Source: Camelus dromedarius (lineage: Eukaryota). Taken from it: a DNA stretch of 64,000 nt. A program made the position numbers and the translations under genes. The first letter of the stretch is position 1; each line of letters starts with the position of its first letter. The notes beneath the pieces are model-generated. The model saw only the letters and a program-made list of their open reading frames with translations. It ran no database searches and was not told the origin of the DNA. Positions 1-12,135 of the stretch are shown here, in pieces. The stretch is taken from NCBI RefSeq assembly GCF_036321535.1, contig NC_087436.1:3968001-4032000 (forward strand), read 5' to 3'.

Positions 1-3000
1 CCTAGTGCCAGTTTAAATGTCCTGCAGTTTTCACTGTTAAACCGAGTTGGAGCTAGAACCTCCCCATATATATGTATGGAGTGGAGTTTGCAACTGAAAA
101 GAAACTTTGTGTTCCCAACAAGCTAGTTGAAGGACGGCTTTCACACACAATTATCTCTCAGAACTGAGCATGTGGAGAGACGTTCGTTCATCTAGCACAA
201 AGGGAACGGGTTGCAGGAGAAACTTTTACTGTGGTTTCTCAGTCTGTTACCTAGTGCCGGTTTGAAGTTCCTGCGGTTTTCATTGTAAAACCGAGTTGGA
301 GCTACTACCTCCACATATATATATATGGAGTGGAGTTTGCAACCTAAAAGAAACTTTGTTTTCCCAACAAGGTAGGTGAATGACAGCTTTCACACACACT
401 TATCTCTCAGAACTGAGCATGTGGAGAGACGTTCGTTCATCTAGCACAAACGGAACGGGTTGCAGGAGGAACTTTTACTCTGGTTCCTCAGTCTCTTTCC
501 TAGTGCCAGTTTAAATGTCCTGCAGTTTTCACTGTTAAACCGAGTTGGAGCTAGAACCTCCCCATATATATGTATGGAGTGGAGTTTGCAACTGAAAAGA
601 AACTTTGTGTTCCCAACAATTTAGTTGAAGTACGGCTTTCACACACACTTATCTCTCAGAAATGAGCAAGTGGAGAGACGTTCGTTCATCTAGCACAAAA
701 GGAATGGCTTGAAGGAGAAAGTTTTACTCTGGTTTCTCAGTCTGTTTCCTAGTGCCGGTTTGAAGTTCCTGCAGTTTTCACTGTAAAACCGAGTTGGAGC
801 TAGTACCTCCCCATATATATGTATGGAGTGGATTTTGCAACTAAAAAGAAACTTTGTGTTCCCAACAACCTAGGTGAAGAACGGCTTTCACACACACTTA
901 TCTCTCAGAACTGAGCATGTGGAGAGACGTTCGTTCATCTAGCACAAACGGAACGGGTTGCAGGAGGAACTTTTACTCTGGTTCCTCAGTCTCTTTCCTA
1001 GTGCCAGTTTAAATGTCCTGCAGTTTTCACTGTTAAACCGAGTTGGAGCTAGAACCTCCCCATATATATGTATGGAGTGGAGTTTGCAACTGAAAAGAAA
1101 CTTTGTGTTCCCAACAAGCTAGTTGAAGGACGGCTTTCACACACAATTATCTCTCAGAACTGAGCATGTGGAGAGACGTTCGTTCATCTAGCACAAAGGG
1201 AACGGGTTGCAGGAGAAACTTTTACTGTGGTTTCTCAGTCTGTTACCTAGTGCCGGTTTGAAGTTCCTGCGGTTTTCATTGTAAAACCGAGTTGGAGCTA
1301 CTACCTCCACATATATATATATGGAGTGGAGTTTGCAACCTAAAAGAAACTTTGTTTTCCCAACAAGGTAGGTGAATGACAGCTTTCACACACACTTATC
1401 TCTCAGAACTGAGCATGTGGAGAGACGTTCGTTCATCTAGAACAAACGGAACGGGTTGCAGGAGGAACTTTTACTCTGGTTCCTCAGTCTCTTTCCTAGT
1501 GCCAGTTTAAATGTCCTGCAGTTTTCACTGTTAAACCGAGTTGGAGCTAGAACCTCCCCATATATATGTATGGAGTGGAGTTTGCAACTGAAAAGAAACT
1601 TTGTGTTCCCAACAAGCTAGTTGAAGGACGGCTTTCACACACAATTATCTCTCAGAACTGAGCATGTGGAGAGACGTTCGTTCATCTAGCACAAAGGGAA
1701 CGGGTTGCAGGAGAAACTTTTACTGTGGTTTCTCAGTCTGTTACCTAGTGCCGGTTTGAAGTTCCTGCGGTTTTCATTGTAAAACCGAGTTGGAGCTACT
1801 ACCTCCACATATATATATATGGAGTGGAGTTTGCAACCTAAAAGAAACTTTGTTTTCCCAACAAGGTAGGTGAATGACAGCTTTCACACACACTTATCTC
1901 TCAGAACTGAGCATGTGGAGAGACGTTCGTTCATCTAGCACAAACGGAACGGGTTGCAGGAGGAACTTTTACTCTGGTTCCTCAGTCTCTTTCCTAGTGC
2001 CAGTTTAAATGTCCTGCAGTTTTCACTGTTAAACCGAGTTGGAGCTAGAACCTCCCCATATATATGTATGGAGTGGAGTTTGCAACTGAAAAGAAACTTT
2101 GTGTTCCCAACAAGTTAGTTGAAGTACGGCTTTCACACACACTTATCTCTCAGAAATGAGCAAGTGGAGAGACGTTCGTTCATCTAGCACAAAAGGAATG
2201 GCTTGAAGGAGAAAGTTTTACTCTGGTTTCTCAGTCTGTTTCCTAGTGCCGGTTTGAAGTTCCTGCAGTTTTCACTGTAAAACCGAGTTGGAGCTAGTAC
2301 CTCCCCATATATATGTATGGAGTGGATTTTGCAACTAAAAAGAAACTTTGTGTTCCCAACAACCTAGGTGAAGAACGGCTTTCACACACACTTATCTCTC
2401 AGAACTGAGCATGTGGAGAGACGTTCGTTCATCTAGCACAAACGGAACGGGTTGCAGGAGGAACTTTTACTCTGGTCCCTCAGTCTCTTTCCTAGTGCCA
2501 GTTTAAATGTCCTGCAGTTTTCACTGTTAAACCGAGTTGGAGCTAGAACCTCCCCATATATATGTATGGAGTGGAGTTTGCAACTGAAAAGAAACTTTGT
2601 GTTCCCAACAAGCTAGTTGAAGGACGGCTTTCACACACAATTATCTCTCAGAACTGAGCATGTGGAGAGACGTTCGTTCATCTAGCACAAAGGGAACGGG
2701 TTGCAGGAGAAACTTTTACTGTGGTTTCTCAGTCTGTTACCTAGTGCCGGTTTGAAGTTCCTGCGGTTTTCATTGTAAAACCGAGTTGGAGCTACTACCT
2801 CCACATATATATATATGGAGTGGAGTTTGCAACCTAAAAGAAACTTTGTTTTCCCAACAAGGTAGGTGAATGACAGCTTTCACACACACTTATCTCTCAG
2901 AACTGAGCATGTGGAGAGACGTTCGTTCATCTAGCACAAACGGAACGGGTTGCAGGAGGAACTTTTACTCTGGTTCCTCAGTCTCTTTCCTAGTGCCAGT

Positions 3001-3485
3001 TTAAATGTCCTGCAGTTTTCACTGTTAAACCGAGTTGGAGCTAGAACCTCCCCATATATATGTATGGAGTGGAGTTTGCAACTGAAAAGAAACTTTGTGT
3101 TCCCAACAATTTAGTTGAAGTACGGCTTTCACACACACTTATCTCTCAGAAATGAGCAAGTGGAGAGACGTTCGTTCATCTAGCACAAAAGGAATGGCTT
3201 GAAGGAGAAAGTTTTACTCTGGTTTCTCAGTCTGTTTCCTAGTGCCGGTTTGAAGTTCCTGCAGTTTTCACTGTAAAACCGATTTGGAGCTAGTACCTCC
3301 CCATATATATGTATGGAGTGGATTTTGCAACTAAAAAGAAACTTTGTGTTCCCAACAACCTAGGTGAAGAACGGCTTTCACACACACTTATCTCTCAGAA
3401 CTGAGCATGTGGAGAGACGTTAGTTCATCTAGTACAAAGGAACGGGTTGCAGGAGAAACTTTTTCTCTAGATTCTCAGTCTGTTT
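1..3485. repeat. 249-bp satellite, homogeneous higher-order-repeat zone (monomer order ABCD-AB-ABCD-ABCD')
   Basis: The motif cctagtgcc recurs at 1, 250, 499, 748, 997, 1246, 1495, 1744, 1993, 2242, 2491, 2740, 2989 and 3238, an exact 249-bp spacing. Diagnostic variants (agctagttgaaggac / aggtaggtgaatgac / atttagttgaagtac / acctaggtgaagaac) define monomers A-D, which recur near-identically. The array runs off the left edge of the window. Confidence 0.97.
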
Positions 3486-4175
3486 CCAAGTGCCGGTATG
3501 AAGTTCCTGCAGTTTTCACTGTAAAATCGTGTTTGAGCTAGTACCTCCCCATATATATTTATGGAGTGTATTTTGCAACTGAAAAGAAACTTTGTGTTCC
3601 CAACAAGCTAGGTACAGTACGGCTTTAACACACACTTACCTCTCAGAACTAAGCATGTGTAGAGACTTCCGTTCATCTAACATATAGGGAACAGGTTGCA
3701 GGAGAAACTTTTATTCTGGTTTCTCATTCTGTTTCCTAGTGCCGGTTTGAAGATCCTGCAGTTTTCACTGTGAAAGCGTGTTGGTGCTAGAAACTTCCCA
3801 TATGTATGTATGGAGGGTAGTTTGCTACTGAGAAGAAACTTGGTGTTCCCAACAGTCTAGTTGAATGACGGCATTCACACACACTTATCTCTCAGAAATG
3901 AGCATGTGGAGAGACGTTCGTTCATCTAGCACAAATGGAACGTGTTGCAGGAGAAACTTTTCTCTGGTTTCTCAGTCTGTTTCCTAGTGCCTGTTTGAAC
4001 TTCCTGCAGTATTCACTGTAAAACCGAGTTGGAGCTAGTACCTCCCCATATATATGTATGGAGTGTAGTTTGCACCTTAAAGGAAACTTTGTGTTCCCAA
4101 CAAGCTAGGTGAAGCACGGCTTTCACACACACTTATCTCTCAGATCTTAGCATGTGGAGAGACTTTCTTTCATAT
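3486..4175. repeat. Moderately diverged monomers of the same 249-bp satellite (about 2.8 units, no HOR)
   Basis: Monomers start at 3486, 3735 and 3983 and carry many private substitutions. The last unit breaks off after catgtggagagac (~4165-4175). Confidence 0.93.
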
Positions 4176-4179
4176 TTCA

Positions 4180-5400
4180 TTATGTGGTGGGACGTTATTT
4201 TATCCAGTTAATAGGTAGAGTGCATTTTAATAACACCTTCTCTCATTTCTCTGTAAGGATTCAACGGTCGGTTTTCATGTAAATCTTTTTTGCTCTTTAA
4301 AATGTTTTTGCAGTTGTGCTTGCCCTGGGATATGTAAGTAATGTGTTTTCTCTAGACCAGTAACTCTGGTTTTCCAAGAATTTATGTGAAGTACTCCTCC
4401 AACACACATACTGATGTGGGAATTCACCATGTGCTGAGCCGTTCTATCATCCAGTATTTAAGTTAAATAATACAGAAACACTTACTCTGTTTTCTCTGTT
4501 TGTTTCTCAAAGCCGGTTTCCAATAAAAGTTTTTTGCACTGGAAAACCGATTTCGTCCTAATACATAGCCATATATATGAAAGCAGTGTAGTTTCCCCTG
4601 CCCAAAAACTCTGGTTTCCCAACAAGCCTGTGGAAACGTGGCTTCCATACGCATACAGATCTAAAAATTTAGCATGTATAGAGGCATTATGTCATCCAGC
4701 ATAAAATACAAGGGGACTTCTAGAGACACATTCTCTGATTTCTCATAATGTTTCCTGATTTCGGTTTCAAAGTTAAAGCCGTTTCCTGTGGATAACCGTT
4801 TTGGAGATTGTGCCTCCCTTTACATATATAATTAGTGTAGATGCTCTAAGACAGAAGCTCTGTGTACCCAAAAATCTAGTTTTACAACAGCTTCCACACA
4901 GATTGAGATGTCAGAAGTGATCATGTGGAGAGGCTTTTTACATCCGTCATAAAAGGTAGAGTGACATGTAGAAACACTTACTCTCTTTTCTCAGCATGAT
5001 TCTTAAAGCCCGTCTCTAGTAAAATCGGTTTGCAATGGAAAAGCGCGCTGGAGTTTTTGCCTCCCCTTTGATATGTAACTAGCCTATTTCCCCGTGGCCA
5101 GAAACTCTGGGTTTCCAAAAACCTAAGTGAAGGAGGCTGCAACACATATTCCGTTCCCAAAATGGTACATGTGGGGACGCATTCCTTTATGTAACGTAAA
5201 CAGCAAGGCTACACCTCAAGCACTTATCATGATTTCTCAGCATGATTTCTAGAGTAGGTTTAAAGCTAAAAGCATTTTTCGCTCAAAAACCTTATTAGAG
5301 CTTGTTCCTTCTCTTATATTTATAGGTCGGGCAGTGCCCCTAACACCAAAATTCTGTGTTCCAACAGGGTTGGTGAATGATGATTTGCAAACACATTCGG
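4180..5400. repeat. Highly degenerate (ancient) monomers of the same satellite family, about 5 units
   Basis: An anchor related to actttgtgttcccaacaag reappears at ~4363, ~4608, ~4857, ~5104 and ~5351 (about 245-249-bp spacing). The catgtgg, tttctcag and ggttt motifs sit in register. Confidence 0.8.
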
Positions 5401-5995
5401 TTTTCTCTCCTCCTCACTCTTCTGCTAAGGGAACCATGCAGGTTGTCTATTCTGGAAGCCAAGGAAAGTTTTTTCATTTAAGATCAGCCTCAGAGAAAAC
5501 TGAGACCTGCTTCTGCTTCTGCTTCTTTTCCCTGCTAGATTTCCTCTTGATGCATTTCCAGATCCTCACGAGTGAGTTCCTGTAACCAAGAAATTATTTC
5601 AAAGAAAATGAGCAGGTTTCCGTAAGCCGCTACTTCTTTTATATTCTTGCTTTTTAATACCTCATTTCCATCTCTTTATCTCCAGGTATCTTATTTCTAT
5701 GTTCTTTGGTTGGGGCTGAAGTCTAATCAGCAATAGTGTAGAAATTATTGCTTGATATTACTGATCTACTTTCTTTCCATTGATATTTGAATTATCATTG
5801 GATTTTAGGGAAGATACATTCTTTAAAAAAATTCTGGTAAGTATCTTGTGGGTGATTCTGATTCTCTTTGTCTAGAATTACAATGCTTAATTTCTGAATA
5901 AGTGATGCTTTCATAGAGCTCAAAATTCCAAAGGTTTGAGCGCCACCACTGTCCCGAAGCCTTTCAAACTTTTCCTTGGGGGCACTCAGAACTTC

Positions 5996-5997
5996 GT

Positions 5998-6049
<52 letters not shown>
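5996..6049. repeat. (TG)n microsatellite
   Basis: Visible run of more than 20 TG units with one interruption at the 5' end. Confidence 0.97.
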
Positions 6050-6056
<7 letters not shown>

Positions 6057-8764
6057 GACTTAGTTTAGCCTGAAATGAGCAAAAGGAAGTACCCCTCTTT
6101 TTACACAAACAGCAGACGACTTTCACAAATTAATAACTTTTAAAAATATATGAACTGTATTGTTGTAGAATTTTACAAGAGGCAGTGACCTTCAGAGTTG
6201 TCAATAATGGAGGCAGAACAGTTGGAAGGACAGCAGGTGCTCGTGCTCAGTGGCTGAAGTCACAGAACATCCACGGCCACCTCTGGTTAATCTTATAGAG
6301 TTGGTGCTGTCTGCAGGCATTCAGGGCTGTGCCCCCCTCCCCACCAAATATATATATTAGGAAAACTGGTGAGCCTCAGTATGAGAAACAATAAAGTATT
6401 AGAAGGGGAAATTGAGTATATTGTTTTTAAAAAAAATTAGCATCCAGGTAGTTTAATTTCAGCTCCTAATAGACTGATGTGATGACATTGACAAGGATGC
6501 GAAAACACCTGTAAGATCAAGGGACAGGACCGGAGACTCTGAAGCAGCAATCACCACACACAACCTTCACTGCTGTCCTTGACAACCTTATTGAATTACT
6601 TGATTTAAAATAGACTATAGATGTTAAACATCATCATTTTGAAAAAGCAGATCTTTTGAAATCTTATATATTAATGTAACTGAATTGGATAAAGAAATGC
6701 TAAATGTGTAATAAAGTATCCATAGAGGTAACGATTACTGTAAACACCACAAATTGAAGAGGACCACAGCATAATGTGCATATATAGTTTAATGATCTGG
6801 AAGAATCACTCACCATTGTATTCAAGACATCTAGAGATGATGTTAAATGTGGTTGTCCTTGGATAGATTTTTGTGAATGTTAGAATGAAATCAGGGTCAA
6901 GCACACAAGTTTAGTTTAACAGCAAAAGGTGAAACAGACTTCTTTTCAAAAAGCTATTGTGTCTGGTTAGAAATCATCGAACCCATGGGTCAAGGGAAGG
7001 AAAAAAAACCTAGTGACCACGTGACTGTTTCAGGAGCTGGTAGTAAAATGAAAGTTGACAATAGTGTAAATTAGATATGATATTGATGTCCAGCTGACCC
7101 AATGATTTTTAGTCCATGTGTAAAAAATATATCAAGGAATAAATACTGATTTATGTGTTCTCAGCTCTGTTGCCCCCCTTCAAGCCTGCATTCTGGTTGG
7201 GAAAATAAGATCTTCTACTGCAGGGAGGAGGATTTTCAAAAAAGGAGTGTCCCCCAACCGAGAAAATAAAGAAAAAGTAGACGACCACTTTAGAGACACA
7301 GGGAGATCTGTTGAGCCAGATGACACTTGCTTTACTGTCAATTAGTAGGAGGCACAGCTTTTTGATGAGTTGGGTAACGTATTGCTGCCTTTCTCAAGGT
7401 ATTGCCCACGGCTCTTGAGAAACGATGAAGTGGGGCCAAGGAATTAGCCTCCGAATGACCTTTGCCATGGATGTTGTCTCTATTTTCCACTTTTAATCTT
7501 TAGCTTAGACAAGTTGCCGTGTCTTGCCAAGTGAGCTACAGACAGTAAGTACATCTTGAAGCACACGGCTCTTTCCTCCTCACTGCAGCAGAGAACCTCT
7601 GCATTGGAGCATCCTGAGATGTCATTGGTGGTCATTTTTCATGTTAGGAATCAGTAAGGATGCTATGTCCACATGGATGAGGAGGGTAAGGTTTCAGTCT
7701 CTAAAGTGTAATGATGGGTTTACCTTTTCACTTAAAAAGTCTCACATCAACAAATGCGGGTCTGTTCTGGACCAAGAAGAAATAAGTGTTTTAAAAATAA
7801 CAGCTTGAAAGGTCAGTGGGACATGCCAGGCATCTTCTTCATGTCTTCAAGTTCGGGTATCAAACATGGGTTTCCTATCCTGAGTGATACTGACAATTTG
7901 TCATGCTCTGTGCCTCATGTATACCAAAGGCTTTCCTAGATAAAATGTCTAGAAATGGTAACATTCTTGATATCTGTTAAACAGGGGAAGATGAAGGAAT
8001 TAAATTTAGTCCCTAATGTGCATTGATTTTTTTAAAGACATCAATTTTATAGAAACTTTTGAAGAATTAAAGTGACAGAAAATTGTAAAGCACCTTCTCC
8101 TTCTGGTAGAAAACTATTCTGTTTTCGTTTTTTGAAGAATGTGACATAGAATCAGTACTAATATTGTTTGTATTGTACTTAGTGTTTACAGAGTGATTCA
8201 CAGATATTCTCCTATTTCATCTGTGCAATGACCTCTGGAAGATAAGATTTCCTAGTTATGCTTTTTAATGTCTGTTTCCTAACTCTGTCTAAAAGCAGAT
8301 TGATTGAGCTCCATTTGCTCAATTTAGAAGGCTGGACTGATTAATTGTGTCAGAACATTCCAGGAGGCAGAGGAAAGGAAGAGACAGGGGTTCTACACGA
8401 TGGAAGCTGCTCCTGAAATGATTTGACCAGCAGCCTTATCCATTTTTCCCAAGGCTGGAAAGAAAAGACAACACAAGGCAAGGAAAACAGGGAGCCCATG
8501 AGACTCCAACCTTGGCACGTAGAGTCACGGCTGTCCTCCTGTGCCTTGGAGAATAGGAGGCTTTGTGTCTCTGTTCTATAATCTCTGTTTTGCTTTTTCT
8601 CCACAGTGTCTTGTTTTACTAGCATATGCTGAAACTTGATTTACATTTCATAGTATTAAAACAAAAATCAGGAACTCTTTATCATTTATTAACTATTTGG
8701 TAAATAGTTTTTGGTGAATCTTTAACTTTATTACTAGGACTTACCGTGGCAATGTACAACACCT

Positions 8765-9085
8765 ACATCCCCAGATAACAGCGGTAGCTTACACATGCTA
8801 AACTTGTATTTCCCTCTTACATAAAGAAGTCAAGCAATCGGTACCACAGGGCTGGTTTGCATGAAGGTCCCAGGGTCAGAGAACCAGATGCCTCTTATTT
8901 TCAGCCCGTCAACTTGATGGCCCAAAGTGTCTGCCTGAGGGTCAAAAATCAGGCCCACATTCCAGGCAGCAGAAAGGAGGGAAGAAAGGTGCTTCAGTTT
9001 ACTTTTGGGTTGGTTCTGTAAAGTCCCAGGTAGCTTTCCTGCTTTTATCTTGCTTTAGACAGAGGGCTGAGAGACAGCTTGCTAT
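8765..9085. mobile_element. Probable old MaLR (MLT1-like) LTR fragment
   Basis: The motifs cttacataaagaagtc...ggctggtt and cacattccaggcagcagaaaggaggg resemble MLT1-type LTRs as I recall them. Boundaries are approximate. Confidence 0.4.
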
Positions 9086-10446
9086 GAGGTAAGCTCAGCT
9101 CAGGACCAGCCATCTCCATCGAGGGGAGGGGAGGGAGGGGGCGGGGAGGCACTGCTCATCCTGCACATGGTGTAAGACACCACGATGAGACGCCGGGGGC
9201 CTCCGCAGTCCGTCCATTGCTTCGGGCTGCACTGATCGGTTGGTAACGGTTGAGATTTTCCAGTAGAAGTGCGTGTATGCTCGAACAATTGCTCGGTTCA
9301 TTTAAACTAGTGGCTACCAGAGCACGTTGGAGAACACATTTGTTCTCACCTTCTAGCCAGTGACTCTCCCGCCATGTTTCTGTCCTACTGTTCATTTCCA
9401 CCTTATTTTCCAAGACCCCCTGGAGGAAATGTAAGCAGCCTGATGCTCAAATGCTTTTCTGTGTGATTCCCCCCTTGTTCTTTGAAGGAAAAACAAATTG
9501 CCTAGAGAACAGTGGACGAAATGCCAACCCCCCATTTCTTTAAGGGTCTGAGATTTGGTGTTAGGAAATAGAAGAAATTTCCAGAAACACCCTTAAGAAA
9601 CATTATTTCTTTCAAATGTGATTTGGAACAACAAAGGACAATATATTTTATAGCACAGCTTTTAAGACAAATGAATTGGCAGTAAGTTCGCATAATGAAA
9701 CTTCCAACGTCTTTATATTTCTCCTGGAATTTCCATGGTTCTTGGTGTAAATTTTTAATAATTAATACCAGCTTTCTATTCTTTCTCTTCCTGTAGTTGT
9801 AGAGTTAACTTGAATATAGCTTGTTGTGTCACTGAGAAAGCCTCCTGGTCAGCCTTCTAGTTAAACAGCTTGTGTGCGTTTCGGTGGCAGGTGTGCTAAA
9901 TAGTAGTTTTCAGGCACTTGAGGGATGCCCATCACACCAGCACTGCGGGAGCCTATTTCTCACCCACGACAAGGTGAGACCCTCCTTTCCTCCGCTGCCT
10001 CGCCCAGGCCCCCGCATTCTGGTCCTTTCTCACGACCCATTTTCATAAAGTTCAGCCCTGCACCAGCAGAGCAAGTCTTGGTTTCTCAAAGACCAGGAAC
10101 TTAGTTCAAGGTTTTCTGTTAAAGGACAGTGTGTAAAATCAGGCAAATTGATATGTCTTTTGAGGCCTCAGGATCTCTGCATTTAAAACAAGAACTTGAG
10201 TTACAATACTATTCTCTTCCACTTTTGAAATTCTAAAGCTCCACACAATAGCTTTTTTAATTGCTAAAATTTTTTTCTAAACTATATTTTTCGAAGATTC
10301 ACAAATATCTGTTAATTTATATTTAAAGATGTTATATTTAAGAAATGGAATAATTATTTACATTTAAATAGGAATTTAAGTCAAGAAATATTTGATACTG
10401 AATGTTTACTCTGAGTTCAAGTATGTAAGCTTAATTTTTGTGGTAC

Positions 10447-10899
10447 TGTCGATAAACCACAAAACGTGAGAGTTGTTGGTTAAAGTTTATCTGGGGCAAA
10501 ATAAGGACCAGAGCCCAGGTGACAGCATCTCAGAGAGCTCGGAGGAACTGCTCTGAAGAGGAGGGGGAGCTCAGAATTATATAAGATTTCAGTGAAGGGG
10601 GACGTGCGGTCCAATACAAGTTTAGGCAGAGGCTGCTGCTAGTCAAGAAGCAGGTGTCTCTGTTAATGATTTTAGCGCTTTTCTAGATAGGAGGGGATGT
10701 AAGAATTTGGGCGCATAAAATTTCCTGAAAATGTCTAACTATCTGAAGACTCTTCTGCCCATTTTCCCAGAGCACAGTGCGCCCCATTCCTGATCTCCAC
10801 ACTTAACTACTTTCAGAGGGTGTTGAAAGTCAGCAGCTGCAGTGGCTCATGACTTAACCAAATCAGAGGCAGATGACAAGTGCCAATTTTTAGTTGACA
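10447..10899 (-). mobile_element. Solo ERV1-type LTR, distantly related to the LTRs of the provirus at 34873-42090
   Basis: tg...ca termini (tgtcga...ttgaca). The reverse complement shares motifs with the proviral LTRs (aaagcgctaaaatcattaac vs aaagcactaaattcttgaac; ctgagatgctgtc vs ctgagaggctgtc). Flanks gtac/atat may be a decayed 4-bp TSD. Confidence 0.8.
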
Positions 10900-11929
10900 A
10901 TATGTATATATTGTAGGAAAAAATGTTACTTTCCAACCCTACCCGTGTTCTAGTTTTAGTTAGAGATCAACGGATAACTGTGTTCGATGACTTAGGTCAG
11001 ACGAGGGGGCGACGGGGTCGTCTCGTGAGCCGGCCAGTGCTCTATGTCAGCCTCCTTGATCACATTCAATTTTCTTTCTCTTCAAACAGTATGCTTCTGA
11101 TTTTGTGAAGTTTGGAGCCTGTCCTGAGCACATGGGGTCTGGAGGTGGCCCTGTTCCTGTGGTCTTTGTTTATTCTGTGAATTATGGTGTGAATCTTTAT
11201 GTGCCCAAGCTTCATCATAATTTCAAACTTAAAGGATTTAAATATGGGAGATGGATGCCACGTTGTGGGAATAGATTTTCAGGATAACAGCCAGGATTGG
11301 TAAAAAGTAGGGAGAATGGATACGGCCTTCAAAAAAGAAATGTTATTTTACAATTTCTTGTAGACAAATTAAAGTGCTTGTTGGGATTCTATCAGGAATG
11401 TTTAATTGGGAGACTTGCCTCCCATTTTCATGAAACAAAATAATTTTATTATTTGTTTAGTGCCTACTGTCTGGCAATGAAGTAGCCCCTTTGCATACAC
11501 TTTTATCATTTAATCTCTACAAAGAGTCCCAGGAGAACACATGTGTCACCGGTGAGGGAACCAAGGTCATCCAGGGTATGTGGCTGGAAGGCAGATGGGC
11601 TGGAGGGCTTACCCTCCTTCAGGATGAGACAGAGACACCAAGGTTTATTGACAAGCATGTTGCAGAATGGCTTACTTAATACTTTGCTTCCTTGATGAAG
11701 TGGATCTCTTGAAATTGTTTATGTCTGGCTTATATTCCCCTCTCTCCTCTGCCTCAGGACTTCTCGTAAGTAGAATGAATTCAGCCTGAACTGATTCAGG
11801 AAAATCAGAAAATATAAAATTAGCTCACAAATGTCTGATTAGTCCTTGTAATTCAGTAATTCCTAAAACTCCTAGAAATGCAAGGAAGGTGTGTTACCTC
11901 GGGGACTGAGTGCATTTGAAGAGTGAGAA

Positions 11930-12135
11930 ATTTAGTGTGATCTGGTAAAGGCACAGGCTCTATAGACAAAGATCCGGGTTTGGATCCTGGCTCCACCAAG
12001 TACTGGAAACATGACCACACATAGCCTCAGTTTCTTCATGTGTTAAATGGGCTGATGGAGCTCACCTCTAAGCAGTCAGGTCAAAATAAGATGGTACGAG
12101 TGACTCTCAGGCAGAATGCTTGGCAAAGTGCTAGT
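11930..12135 (+). mobile_element. MIR SINE remnant
   Basis: gggtttggatcctggctccacc...gcctcagtttcttcatgtgttaaatggg matches the MIR core. Confidence 0.75.

Noticed and set aside
183..211. CENP-B box in the satellite (TTCG...CGGG)
   Set aside because: The canonical box has 7 nt between TTCG and CGGG; here there are 20.
1..4175. CRISPR-like array
   Set aside because: Whole units repeat with no unique spacers, and the context is eukaryotic.
9145..9176. Plus-strand peptide EALLILHMV resembling TRAPPC9 EALILHAGE
   Set aside because: Short, on the opposite strand to the other exons, followed at once by a stop, and without flanking similarity.
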